DNA of 60,000 bases from Botryllus schlosseri (taxonomy: Eukaryota). Positions 13,202 through 25,913 of the stretch are shown in pieces (the stretch's first letter is position 1; the number at the start of each line of letters is the position of its first letter). Location of the stretch: positions 10,046,001 through 10,106,000 of the forward strand of contig CM119371.1 of assembly GCA_051294905.1 (NCBI GenBank), in the 5' to 3' direction. The translations under genes were made by a program, and so were the position numbers. The notes beneath the pieces are model-generated. The model saw only the letters and a list, made by a program, of their open reading frames with translations. It made no database searches and was not told the origin of the DNA.

Positions 13202-13714
13202 CTCATGTATGTAGATTAGGCGTTTTAGCACATAATGTTATAATTGTAATACTTTACTTCGTTTTTGGTGTGAACTGTCTGTCCTTACGAAGTAGCTTTG
13301 CTTGGAAAAAAGTACCAGGCTTCATTTCAATGTTTTAACAAGACTTGAGTAAAGATGAGTAATTTCATATGTTGCAAAACGCTGGATCAATTCAAATTCC
13401 GAGTAAATAAAATATGAAGAATTAGGAGAGCACAACCAGACATAGCTGAAAGTTCATGTTCAAGCCGAAGTTCTGACGGTACTGCACGGCGAGCGAATGA
13501 AGTTGTGACCGAGATAGCACGCAAAAAAAGCTTTTCTAACTCATTTTGAAACATCCACCCACTGAAATACTCTGAATCTAGTACAAATGTTGGTACTTGA
13601 TCACTTCAAAACACCATCAAATTGCAATAGGATGAATTCATTGAGTTACCACTATATTTTAGAACAGCACAACGGGGATCTGATGTCATTCAGTTACTGT
13701 GAAAATTACTCTGT

Positions 13715-13815
13715 TGTTGCTGTTGTTTGTGGTATTCATGGTGTTTGTTGAGTACTATGGTCATTTTCACCAGGCCGATATTTTTCATTTTTATTCCGTA
13801 ATTGTCGACTTATAG
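13715..13815 (-). mobile_element. Short 3' fragment of a SINE/LINE-like retroposon
   Basis: ~100 bp similar to 19840-19962; both end in a (CAA/CAAAA)-rich tail on the minus strand. Confidence 0.45.
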
Positions 13816-13884
13816 CAAGACCCACTTCCAGGCTTTTTGTAAGACACCGTTTACGCGGATGAGATGGCGAGGATTAGCCTAGAT

Positions 13885-15432
13885 CAGGGGTGGGCAACCT
13901 GCGGCCGTAGAAGGAAATGTGTGCGGCCGTGACACGTAATTTAATTGGTATGTGTGAGCGGCCGTCGACGGGCAAATTGAATTTTTGATAAATTGAATAT
14001 TAAATAATCTTCAAATTTTCTTCGCTCTGCGCGCGATTCAATGCTATACTTCATAGTAGTTCCCTTTGCAATCTGAGCCCCATAGCACAGACACGAACAG
14101 CTGATAAGAATGATGCGCCCCATATAGAAATACCAACTTGGTATAGTGTGCTTCCCACGAAATAAATTTTGTTTCTGGTACGTTTCTAGTGATTCCCAAC
14201 CGCCGCTCTCAGAGCCACATGCGGCTCATCCGAGATAACCTTCTTGCGGCTCTGATTGACCTCTAAATATGCCACAAGAATATAATAGATAGTTGTTGAT
14301 CGTTTCTATGAGTAGCTATAGAAAATTAATGTATGTGAATGCTAAAATGGAGGATATTAGTTATGTCTAAAGCCGTCCAAGGCCGCTTATGAAAACCGAG
14401 AAAGAGAATTCTTGCAGACATTTATCAAACGCATGGATGAATAACCGTCAGACAACGACGTATCTTCAGTTCTGCTGGTCATAGACCTCTTTATATATCG
14501 TATCTGTGAGGAGTAAATTTCGACACAATTTAACTAACATCAAAAAAAGACTTATAGACAAGTATAAATTGCAATAAGTTCAATATTTCTCATCGTGTAA
14601 TTCCCGCAAACTTCTGCATAAAGTGCAGGAATGTTTGAAGAGCTATCACATCACGACATAATAGTAGCCTACTCGCCAATTTGCTTATATCAATGCTATA
14701 ATAACCGATATAGAATCTATAGCAGTCCATGTGCAATATGTGCATGCTTTTGAATTAGCTGGATGGTGAGAGCAGAGGTAGGCTTGGCTAGCTACGTTAA
14801 AATTTTCGTTATAAGTAGCCTATAATCGAGTGTTTTCATGCGGCTCCAGTCGTACTCCGAAGTTTGAAATGCTGTCCCGACATCCAAAGAGGTTGGGAAC
14901 CACTGGTTCCGACGATTCCAATATATTTCCGCTAAGCCTGACGACAATCTTGATGGGAGGTCAGGAAATAATTGCATGCAAGAAAGTGACCAATACCACT
15001 TGGTCCACCCATAGATGCATCATCATGTGTAAATTGCCCTAACTTTTCGAAGACACTACCTCCATTAACTCCACCAGTGGATCTGATCACATGGGCTGAT
15101 AAAGGATAAATAGTTGATTGCAATATGTGAGTATACCAATAATAATGACGAAATTCATTTGTGAATCTGAAAAAATTTTCGCGCTTTGCGCGGCCATTGG
15201 CTTTCCCTGTAATTCGTCAAAACATGGCCACTTGCGATTTCGGTGTGTATAGTAAGCCGATATGAGAATGTAGATAAGTGTGGAGTTCAACTGAAATGGA
15301 CATGGACAGTATAACATGGGTATTTGACGCCCATGCAGTTAGTTGATTACGGCTTATGCGCATGATTACTGCCGTAGGCTACATAAGTAATCGAGATGCG
15401 GCCGTGAATAGCAAAAAGGTTGCCCACTCCTG
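13885..15432. mobile_element. Charlie/Buster-type non-autonomous hAT element
   Basis: TIR caggggtgggcaacct / aggttgcccactcctg; TSD GCCTAGAT (13877-13884, 15433-15440) with central TA; probable nested MITE ends at ~14187 and ~14906. Confidence 0.88.
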
Positions 15433-15720
15433 GCCTAGATAAACCTCCACACATAGGTATAGCAATTCGGAAGTCGACCTCAGTCGGACTAACAAACCGC
15501 AACGTGTTGGTGTTGCAGCCGAGGATTATACCACTGCGCTATCTCGCCACAAAGAAATTACTTTCTTCTTCAGGTATTGTACGTAGACACACACATTTAT
15601 AACATTGCGGAAAATGTGTTGTTATTGGCAGCGTGATGTCATAGATTCATGTTAAAATTTCAACTCATATCGAACCTTTTAGCAAAGATCGTGTTCATCA
15701 GAACCAGAAGAACCAGGACC

Positions 15721-16296
15721 TTATCTCAAGTTCGCACCATGAACAAGTTCTGATGGTCCTGCATATAGCGAGCGACTGAAGTCGTTATTGAGATAGCAAG
15801 TAAAAATAACATTTTCCAGCTCTCTTTTCAGGCTGTAAGTCGATGATGGCTGCATGAATGGCTTTTTTTCGATTACTGCTGCGGGATCTAGTTCACCATG
15901 TTCGCAAACAGGCGGCCTGCAACACACAAAGCATTTCATTAAAACGCAACAAAACAAGGACAAAGACCCGAATGTCGAAGCGAAAATAATCCTAAATCTG
16001 CGATCTAGATTTTCGGAAGTCATTGAGGATATCGATAATTGCCTAAGCGCACTAGCCAGTCTACCGAGAAGATTGGCGATTACTTGCAGGTCGTTCATGG
16101 CTGGTTCGATTCCGAAATATCTCGACGTGATCTCGTTCCCGAATGAGAACGATCCAAAACCAAACACACCCAACACAGACATGAAACACACTAGCTATGA
16201 AATGCCCCATCATTTCCACACGACGAGGTGCCTTTTCCTCTCCGACAAAAACGTCTTGTCGGTTTCTGAATCACGACCACTGTCATTCGACTTCAT
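15721..16296 (-). pseudogene. MFS transporter (SLC49/FLVCR-like) pseudogene, copy 1
   Basis: Hydrophobic TM segments (VCFMSVLGVFGFGSFSFGNEITSRYFGIEPAMNDLQV); two in-frame stops near 16195-16212 where copy 2 has R and S; internal deletion. Confidence 0.6.
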
Positions 16297-17600
16297 AGCA
16301 CACACTCGACGCGATGTCTGTCACTCGGATCAGTTTCGAAGAATTTTTCGCAATGGCTAATCAATGCAGGAAACGAAATCTCGTGCAAAGCTACACCAAC
16401 AATGACTTGAGCAATGAGCACGAGTAGGATAATTCGGGCCGATACGGAAGGAAACAGAGCGAGTAGACACTATGGATATTGGATATCGATTGCTGTGAAA
16501 TTGGCGAATGATAGCGTAGTGGTGAGCGTCTACTAAAATGACCGACGAAGACAGTTCAACATCGAAAGACTGTAACATCGGGCACTAGGCCGAGGTGGAT
16601 GCTAGATTAAGAGACCACAATTTTGTCGTTTCGGCGTACTCCTATGTGTTCATTGCATCGCATTGTGTCTTGTATATGGCATCGTGTATTGTGTGTATGT
16701 GTCTTGGGCAGATGAAAATATGATCGGGCGATAATCGATTATTATTATTGATAATGCGACTAATATTAATAAGGGACTGCGTGAGAAGCATTAAGCTCAC
16801 TGCTATACGCTATGATTGATTGATCAACCTGAAATCATGATGGCCATGAATAAGCAATTGTGGTACATATTTCTAAACAGCTATACCTAAGAATCAGTCG
16901 GATGAATCTCGGAGCATTGCTGGTTGTTTCCATTCATCCTCAACTTGGCATAGCTCATGAGCAATATCTTGGTTAATGGAATGACTGAACCAGTAGTTTT
17001 CAACCGCGTGGCAGCGACTGCTCAGAGGTTCCGCGAGGAAATGGGGTAAAGGTGGTTGTCGTCAACATAAAATTTGAAAACTGCACTTTTCCTATGAAAG
17101 TCGTAACTATAAACAACTGTGGTATTGTAAGACACAGCTCTAGACTAACATTTTCAAGTACAACATCATAGAAACACCGAAAACCGAAACAGTGAAGAAA
17201 TGCGTGCCCGGAATTTGGTAAAGGGTTTGGAAGTGATGCATCATCACATAGATCAGGCTATGGCTAGTTTGCCATATATGGTTCTTTTGATGGTAACATA
17301 TGGCTCTTTGATAAGTTTCCACTTCCCATCATATTTATGAAAATTGTTTTTAATAGATTTTCATAGCGGCTGACATCATTATTCTTGTGATGGATGAGAC
17401 GAGTCGTCATGAAGTATGAACAGTGATGTATATATCCTGAAGTGAGGGTTGAGGAGCTCAGAAACTCAAAATCTTGAAATTTAGGATGACAAAGATTGGC
17501 TGTTGATGATTTTTCATTATTATCAGTTCAATACTGGGGTGGACACTGGACAACCTCTCTAGTCAGCGGGCCGGATATGGGAGAAAGAAGTACTTGGTGG

Positions 17601-17935
17601 TAGGGACGGTGTCAACCCGAGGTTCACTTTCGCGTTCTGTGTGTGAAACACTGGAATTTGGCGGTACGCGTTCACAAACGAACCTTGGTAGGTTCTGCAC
17701 TGTGAACTTTTTCATGTGATACAATTTCACGTCAATATAACGTCTTTGGTTGACATTCTTGCATTTCAACTTCGGATCACTCTCCGCATGACGCTGGCAG
17801 CACGAAAAGAAATTCAGCACTACACGTGAATGCACCTTGCTGATTTCAAAAACTATTTGCTCGAAAGTTTGTTCGGAAACATTACTTGCGTATTTAGCCA
17901 CTTATAGAAGGAATTTATCGTATTCAATTTAAACT
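17601..17935 (-). mobile_element. Inverted 3' end of the TAGGGATGGTGTGA MITE family
   Basis: tagggacggtgtca TIR followed by the reverse complement of the 9620-9919 sequence. Confidence 0.7.
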
Positions 17936-17939
17936 TTAG

Positions 17940-19703
17940 GGTTAAAGCATGGAGACCGAAAACAGTATCAACAAGTTCTTTGGACTCTGGCTGCATGACG
18001 GACGTAGAAACTCTTTGTAATTGATGCGCGTGAACGTCGGTTAAATTTGAACGCAGCTTTGTCTCCAAGCAATGTTGATGGTCGAAAATGTGTGCTCGCA
18101 AATGTATATAGACCCGTAGACCACATTATCATGTACGACCGGGAACTATCTGCGGGTCATAGGTTGCCCGCCCTGGTCTATTATAATAGATTTTCCGATA
18201 TTAGCGCAAATTCCCTACCTTCAAGTCATTTAGTGAAATGTACCAGACTAACCTAATCCCACAAGTTCGATAACAAGTTACATAATGGCAATACAAAGTG
18301 GCGGTTAGTAGCATATTTAAAATCATATTTCCTTGTACCCCATATTGCATGCCTTGGGTTCTTTGACTTTACAATACGTTGATTAATCAGAGAAAAGCAG
18401 AAATGGAGACCTCGTAATGATTTGCTAAGCTAAATTATCTAATGACCGACCGCCGTCCTTCATTTCGTTGCATGGTTTATAGTGGAACAGATGGTTGATT
18501 TTTGCGGCAGTTATGACACACACACCGACTCATGCAGGTCGACGTTTTTTGCGTGTGAGGAAAGATTCTGCTAACATGCATCTGAAGACAAATTCGCGGA
18601 GTGTAATAATACGTTTATCATGGATAATTTTTCAAGTTTTTCGGTCCCAGTGTCTCATCGGGATCACATCGCCGCTACCCTAAAATCGTTCTTACATTCC
18701 ATGATGAATTTTTTTTGCTGGCTAGTGTAATCAATTCGCGACATATTCATAACATTTGGGGATGCGCCCGCATCCCTCGTAACCCACCCTCCTACACCAC
18801 TGTACTGAGATGACAAAAAAAACCGCACTACTTCGCCATGGCGTGCATAAGGCCTTTCACCAAGTCTTTTGTGTAACATATCTAAATAGGTCACAACAAC
18901 AGGAAACCATCACGAAATGAAATTTGGCTGAGCAAATCATACACTAGAATGAATGCCAATTCTAGGAAATCATAAAGCAAATTGGGTTATTCAAACAATG
19001 TAGGCCTATTTGTATGTCATTCTATGAATTGTGGTGGCATCAAGTCAACAGATATCGGCAAGGCATTGCTATGCAGGAGAACAGGCGCAAGGTTACATCT
19101 TACTACGTTACATGAATTTTGTCTACTAGTCAGCAATGGTTAGAAAGTTAAGATTGTGCTTTTCGATTCTCGAACTTTGGTAATTAATTATTAAAGTATA
19201 AATGTATTTTCGGTCCCAGTGTTTCATCGGTACCACATCTCCCCTATCACAAAATCGTTCTTACATTCCATGATAAATTTTTTTGCTGGTCAGTGTAATT
19301 AATTTGCGATGTATCCATAACATTTGGGGATTGGCCGGCTTCCCTTGCAATCTCCCTCTCATAAATCAATGTACTGAGATGACAAAGAAGCGCATCACTT
19401 GGCCATGGCGCGCATTAGTTTAGCCGTTTCACCAAGTTTGTTGTGTAACATACTTGAATACAGCAACAGGGCACCACCACGAAATGAAATTTCGCTGAGT
19501 AGATCATACAGTAAAATGAATGCCTATTCTAGGAAATCAGAAACAAATTTGGTTAATCAAACAATGTATTTATATATGATTCTATGAATTGTGGTGGCAT
19601 CAAGTCAAAGGATATCGGCCAGGCATTACTATGCAGGAGAACAGGTGCTAGGTTACATCTTACTACGTTACCTGAAATTTGTCTTCTAGTCAGCAATAGT
19701 TAG
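17940..19703 (-). pseudogene. Degenerate Buster/Charlie hAT transposase relic, unit 2, with ~560-bp internal tandem duplication
   Basis: KLRSNLTDVH...RVSTSVMQP motif; ~18640-19205 is repeated at ~19206-19703 and continues after 21119. Confidence 0.6.
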
Positions 19704-21118
19704 TAGAGGTGGTCAGTAACGAAGTACTGCTACTTTTTCGAAGTACTCAAGTAGTTTTGCTCTACTTCTGGTACTCACTCAAGTAGGTCTGATTTTAGCT
19801 ACTTCCACTTCTACTTCGTAATATTTTGTGATCTACTTACTTTTTTTTGTTTTTTTTGTTTTTTGTTTTGGGGTATTCATGGTGTTTGTCGACTACTATG
19901 GTCAATTGGTCATTTACACCAGACCGATATTCTTCTTATTTTTCCGTAACTGCCGACTTACTACTTACTTACTTACTTACTTTCTTTTCGCTATTTTCAT
20001 TTTGTCAAGTAGAAGTAGTTTAACCCTCCAATCAGGATAATAGCCTGGGCAATTTCGGGGCTGTTTTCACGGAGTATTTACATTCAATTTTCATAAAAGT
20101 TGAGTAAAGCCCAGAATTTTCTTCGCGCTTCGCGCTCAGTGTATACGGCGTAGCCAGTATGATTTCACGAAAGTATCGGTGAATATATATAAGGTAGAGG
20201 GTTGGCGTGGTTCCGTTCACACCGCATTGTGTCACCCTTCGCCGATATGAAATATTTCATCACTGTGTATATGGCTCATCATAACGCTGGAAACTGATGT
20301 TCGCAATCTAGCATTTACTTATCGTATCGCAATCTAGCAGTCTATGGCGTGTCCTAATCAGGAAAAGTGGAGTCTGACTTTTTTTTAGTTTTGGAGCTGT
20401 TTTTAGCATACCACCTTTAAAAATTTCTGGATAAATGACACGAAATACATTTTTCACTTTTAGAAATAGTCTTTATATTTCACTTTCAATTTCCAGTATC
20501 ATATACTTTGAGTTTCAATTAACATCAGTTCTTTTGTCTGGATAACATACACGTTGAGGTATAAAAGCAAGTGCCTTTAATTTCCGGAAATAAAGCTACA
20601 CAATATGGCATTTTTACGGTACACTGTATTTTTTTATTAAGGTTTACTAATCGCGCAAAGTGTTTACACCGTATCCTACAACTTCTACGTATTGCTCTTC
20701 GACTAAACTACGGGCCTTATAATATGGGGGAGTGCGCCATACCATGATATTTTCTAAATCGTGCTGTTCGATTAAATAGAAGATTAGTATCGCATTTTCA
20801 TATCAATACTATTGTTTTCATCCTATGACGCGGACTAATGCTTATGCTGTCGAAAATTGAATACCTCTTTGTATGCATCAAGCTCGGCACCTTTCGCATA
20901 GCTCAATCTGCACCTATTGACAATCCATGCGAACGAATTACGATCGTTTTCACAGCTACTTACTTGAGTAGATTTGAAGTCAGCCAATTCTACTTCTACT
21001 TCAAGTAGTTTCAGGTTGCATATGGGAGAAGTACTTCTACTCGTACTTGAGTAGATTTTTTACCTCGCTACTTCTACTTCTACTTGAGTAGCTTTCTTGA
21101 CTACTTTGACCACCTCTG
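19704..21118. mobile_element. hAT-type non-autonomous element with (CTACTT) subterminal repeats
   Basis: TIR tagaggtggtca / tgaccacctctg; TSD ATAGTTAG (19696-19703, 21119-21126); empty site at ~8641 and ~57281. Confidence 0.9.
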
Positions 21119-21361
21119 ATAGTTAGAAAAGTTAAGATTGTGATTTTCGATTCTAAGACAGTGTTAATTAATTATTAAGTTATATATATGTTATCATGGC
21201 CTTTCTTATAATAATGAGTTCTCGATTTTGAACTTTGCGGCATTGCTATCGTATTGTAGATACACATCAGGTCAGAAGTCGATATAGTAAATAGTACATG
21301 TTTCAACGCCGGTGGGGTTGATACACTTGCGTAGAACTAGAGTTAAACGAATGGTACATAA

Positions 21362-22358
21362 TAGGGATGGTGTGAACCCCTAAAAGTTTTGGTTTGTGTG
21401 AACGCGAACCTTTTTGTAAGATTCTGTGAAACGCGAATGCGAACACGAACCTATGACTTGACGTCATATTGGTAATTCCAATCCTACATTACCGAAAAGT
21501 AATATATTAATGTTATAATGCATAAGATACCTAGCGACGGCTCAGGTCACATTATGCCACAATGCTGAAGTAGGCCTACATGCTGACTTTTTAAGCATCA
21601 CCAAATGTGTACCAACATGACCGATCATATGCTCTAATAATTCCATAAAATCAAAATCTTCCGTCGCTGTGCCAACAATTTCAATGATGACTTGTAAGTT
21701 AATATAAGCCTACGCCTTAACGGTCTAGACTAGACCGGTGTATGTATTCGTGAGGCGCCAGAATATTGCTATTGCTTGCTATCGCTATTGCTATTGATCA
21801 TAGTAAAAATTGGTTTCTATACAGGCCTTCTTGCTACAGATACTCCCTCGTAAACAAGTTATACATTAAAGAACGCCCCAATCGGACGGTTATGATATAA
21901 TAAACATATCAAGACGGATCCCGCACGCCTGCAGATTTTTTACATTACGCAACGACCCATTCTTTGGTAGAAAAAGCACTATTCGCTGACAACCTGCGTG
22001 TAGTCTATTTCATTCTTGATGCTGTGTGATTTCGCGCCAAGCAAAAAGCTGATTATTTCAAGCAAACTTTTTTAACAGAGCTAATAACTTTTTTTTTTAA
22101 AATTGGCAAGATGCATGTTCGACGCTCGTATAGTGCTGTGAATTTCTTTTCATGCTGCAAGCGCCATACACAGATTGGTCCGAAGTTAAAATGCAAATAA
22201 TTTTAACCAAAGATGTTATATTGACGTGAAGAATAGTAATATATGAAAAAGGTTCACATTGCAGAACTTGCCAAGGCTCCTTTGTAAACGCGAACCTCCA
22301 AATTTATCAGGTTCGCACACAGAACGCGAACGTGAACCTCACACTCACACCATCCCTA
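21362..22358. mobile_element. ~1-kb hAT-type MITE, copy upstream of MTase 2
   Basis: TIR tagggatggtgtga; perfect TSD GTACATAA (21354-21361, 22359-22366). Confidence 0.92.
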
Positions 22359-22532
22359 GTACATAAGCTGACATTCCACACCACCGATACTGTTATGACA
22401 TATCCGTGAATATTCCTCGTTTGTACTCGAATCTACTCAAATCCCTCCTGCTCCCGGTTTTGCCCAGCGCCAACCATTACCATAGTCGTAATATTCTCTA
22501 TATTCAAAGTTTAATATAATCCTATCATAGCT

Positions 22533-23390
22533 ATGTCCGCTCCATCGAACGTTATACCCGAAGATGCATTCAACAGGGAGGAAACGGTGCAGAATTACAT
22601 TCAAAGTAGACCACGTGCCTTGATGGATATTCCGGTTCGGATTGTCATTGAGCCGCTCAAGCAATTAGGGAAAGTAGGTCAACGTTCCTCATGCCTACTT
22701 GATGTGGGGTGTGGCAGTGGCAAATTAACCAGATTGTTGGCGAAAAACTTTGACCATACGATCGGAGTAGACGCAAGTGCTCCTATGATATCGTATGCCA
22801 TCGCTTTCGATAGTGACAATTCAGACAATGAGTTTAAAGTAGCAAATGCGGAAAAACTGCCTATTGAAGATAATTCTGTTGACGTCATTACAGCCATGTT
22901 TGTTGTACACCAAGCCGACCTCGACAAGTTCATCCCCGAATGCAAACGAGTGCTAAAACCAGGTGGCGTCGCACTATTTTACCGGCACCAGATATCAAAA
23001 ATACTGTCCGCGGTAGATGACGCTCTACCCATAATAGACGGACCGGTAAAAATGATGATTCGCCAGCTATTGGAAAAGGCGAGAGAAATGTCGCACCCGA
23101 CCTTTCACACACATGAGCTCCATCGAACGCAATTTGACGCGATCACCTGGGAAAAGAAAAGCAGAGAGATAAATGAGCTGGAATTTGCGCCTGGTTCCCT
23201 ATGGACTCTTGGCTCATGGTCTCGCTTCTATCATACCCTTCCGTTCCATCAAAAATTGCGTGAAAACGGCTTAAATTCACTGGCTGAACTTGTGGAAGCT
23301 GTGAAAAATACCTGGTCGATGCAGGATCGGGATTCCAACGACATCAAAATTAGAGTGGTGTACAAGACGGTGATGATTGTTTTGGAATAG
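22533..23390 (+). CDS. Class I SAM-dependent methyltransferase (Methyltransf_11-like), 285 aa, intronless
   Basis: Intact ORF; LLDVGCGSG, AEKLPIEDNSVDVI, RVLKPGG; ~80% aa identity to the 58744 copy by manual count. Confidence 0.9.
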   Translation: MSAPSNVIPEDAFNREETVQNYIQSRPRALMDIPVRIVIEPLKQLGKVGQRSSCLLDVGCGSGKLTRLLAKNFDHTIGVDASAPMISYAIAFDSDNSDNEFKVANAEKLPIEDNSVDVITAMFVVHQADLDKFIPECKRVLKPGGVALFYRHQISKILSAVDDALPIIDGPVKMMIRQLLEKAREMSHPTFHTHELHRTQFDAITWEKKSREINELEFAPGSLWTLGSWSRFYHTLPFHQKLRENGLNSLAELVEAVKNTWSMQDRDSNDIKIRVVYKTVMIVLE

Positions 23391-24410
23391 CAACATATTG
23401 AAACATTCAATGAAAAATTGATAATGTCTTGCTGATCTCATAGTGTGAAATTATGAAATGTTGTTTATAAAGTTACGTGAAAGTGTAATGCGTGAGAGGA
23501 GATGAATACCACATCACGAAACAGCATATGTCATCATTTAAACCAGTGGTAAGCAATATGTAGTCCTCTGGCCGGGTCCGGTTCACAAGGACTATTTCGA
23601 CTGGCGAAGCAAATCCTCATATACTTGCTTTAAATATCACGAGAAGCTTCGGGATTATAGTGGTTAAGTCGAGATCGCCTAAAATTATTTAGATCAGATT
23701 AAAAATTTTAGATTAAATTTAGATTAAAAATTTTAACGGGTGTCGTTCTTCGAAACAGGTATGTTACTTTTGACATTTTTATATGAATCCCTAATAATTG
23801 CGATGAAAAATATAGGGGATATGTATGTCGTATGCCTCAACTATGCATTTGCATATTGCATTTGATGATAAATTGGAATTTGCGCGACAATATTGCAAAT
23901 CGTAAATGTCAAAATTGTTGAATCGACGAAATTCACAGTAACTTTCAATTTCATATCGTTCGTTTTCGGTCTTGGCTTAATATTCTGAATAACTTTTAGT
24001 CTCCTCCGCAGCCCTAAGCATCTAAGAATAAAATCAGGAATATCAACAAGGATCGGGTATTCTGATGCAACTTGGTTGAGTAAATTTAAGGCAGCGCCGT
24101 GTCGAACAAACAGGAATTACAATCGCGAAGAGTCCTATCCCCATATCTTAATTACCTCTTCACAACTTCTGTTCACATTCCTATTTCTCAGACAGCATCC
24201 AGGAACCGCACCGAAAAAGCAGCTGCGATGGTGATATCGACTTAATATAGTCGTGTACATATGTTGAACTCCCATAACTTTGCGCGGTATATTATTCCCT
24301 GGCTACTGGTTGGAATTAAACCAAATTTGGTGTATAGGCTTAAATTACGTAACCTAACAATTTTATCAAGTAGCCAGTACGATTTGAGAGAAAAAGTCAC
24401 GTTCGAAGAC

Positions 24411-24960
24411 TCGCAAGCAATCCTCAATCTCCTCGGTAGACTCGCTATCGTGTTGGTAATTTGCGTGATCGGTGAATGGATCAGCTTTCGGCAACTCGCT
24501 TTGCAAGCCTGCATCTTAAACGGATCCACCACTCTCCTTGTTTCGATGGGAGTTTTGTTTAAAGTCTTCGAACTTTTAGCTACAGGGATGTTTATGTCCG
24601 TATCCGCTGCCGGAGTTATGATACGGTATCACTAATACCGATAACACAGCTGGTGTCCGTGAATTGATTTCCTTAAGGAAAGAGGATAGAAAAGAGGAAA
24701 AGTGACAGCAATGTCATCGGCTACGAGGCGGATAGCATCTTTAATGTCGAACTTGGTTGATACAAGAGCAATAGGGATTCCGCATAGCCATCTACAGTGC
24801 CAGCATTTATTACTATTCTCAGCGACTTCCGAAAACATAGATCGCAGATTAAAGATTGTTTTCGCTTCGACATTTGGGTCATTGTCATTAATACTGATTG
24901 CTATAACGGTGGCAAGTTGCAGCTGTATGTAAGGCCTACGAATTAATGGACTGGTGTTAT
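24411..24960 (+). pseudogene. Central fragment of an SLC49-like MFS transporter paralog, opposite orientation to the other copies
   Basis: ILNLLGRLA and ATSENIDRRLKIVFASTFGSLSL match copy 1 (ANLLGRLA; MTSENLDRRFRIIFASTFGSLSL); frameshifted. Confidence 0.6.
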
Positions 24961-25913
24961 CCAACTTCAACAGTGAGCAATGAGCATGTTCAATTGTTCT
25001 TGTTCTGTTCATGTTCAAGGCAACAAACATCGAACATTACTATACTGAAGTATCTATGAAACTTACAATTATTCCGAATCATGAGCGCCATCTGGCGTAT
25101 TCTCGAGAAGTGGTGAAAAAAATAGATTCAAAATCGCCCTGCGCCAGAATCGAAAACAAGCATAGCTGATACATGTGAGATGCGGTAGGTTTTTGATTGT
25201 ATAACATTATAATTATTCTTCGTTGTTAGGTTTTATATCCTAATTGTATTCGATGATGTGATGACCTTATTATGAAGTAAACGTTTACAATCACCAAGTT
25301 TTATGACTAAATCTTCACTGATAGTTAATTCGAATTCAGTGCCTTGTCACAGATTCCTCAGAATCTTTCGCAAATCATTACGGCTGCTGCATAGTAGGTA
25401 TATTTCCAACCAGTTCCCATGATCTCAATTTTGCCTTTGTGAACATGGATTCAACGCATGTTGGGTGTGCGTTGTTTACTATCTTTCGTAGTGACACGCG
25501 TGGAAACTGAAACCATACCGAACATGGTAATGATTCTATGTTCGCTATTTCGGCATTGTTCAAACCACGTATTCGAAAACAGCTAAGTAGTTTAGTTAAG
25601 TGGGAACAAACAAACCAGAATGGCTCTTGGATGGACCTGGATACGAGGCACAGTCATAGTTTTGGTTATAGTAGGCTAGTACAAGGATCACCATAATATG
25701 TATTACTGAATGGCAGCAATAAAATGATAACATTAATTAGGGCTCGTGCCGGACCTGTTGAGGCAATATCGATTGATTGCATGCCGTAGTAGGTAGGGGC
25801 ATTTATTTAAACCCATGTATCGCATATATATATATATAGGCCTATATCAATAAGAGAATTGGACAAAACAATAATCGCTCACTAAAAGAAGCACATTGAC
25901 CTACTATAAAATA

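Noticed and set aside
15854..16360. 168-aa plus-strand ORF (and 24632-25030, 26589-26870)
   Set aside because: Antisense to MFS pseudogene fragments
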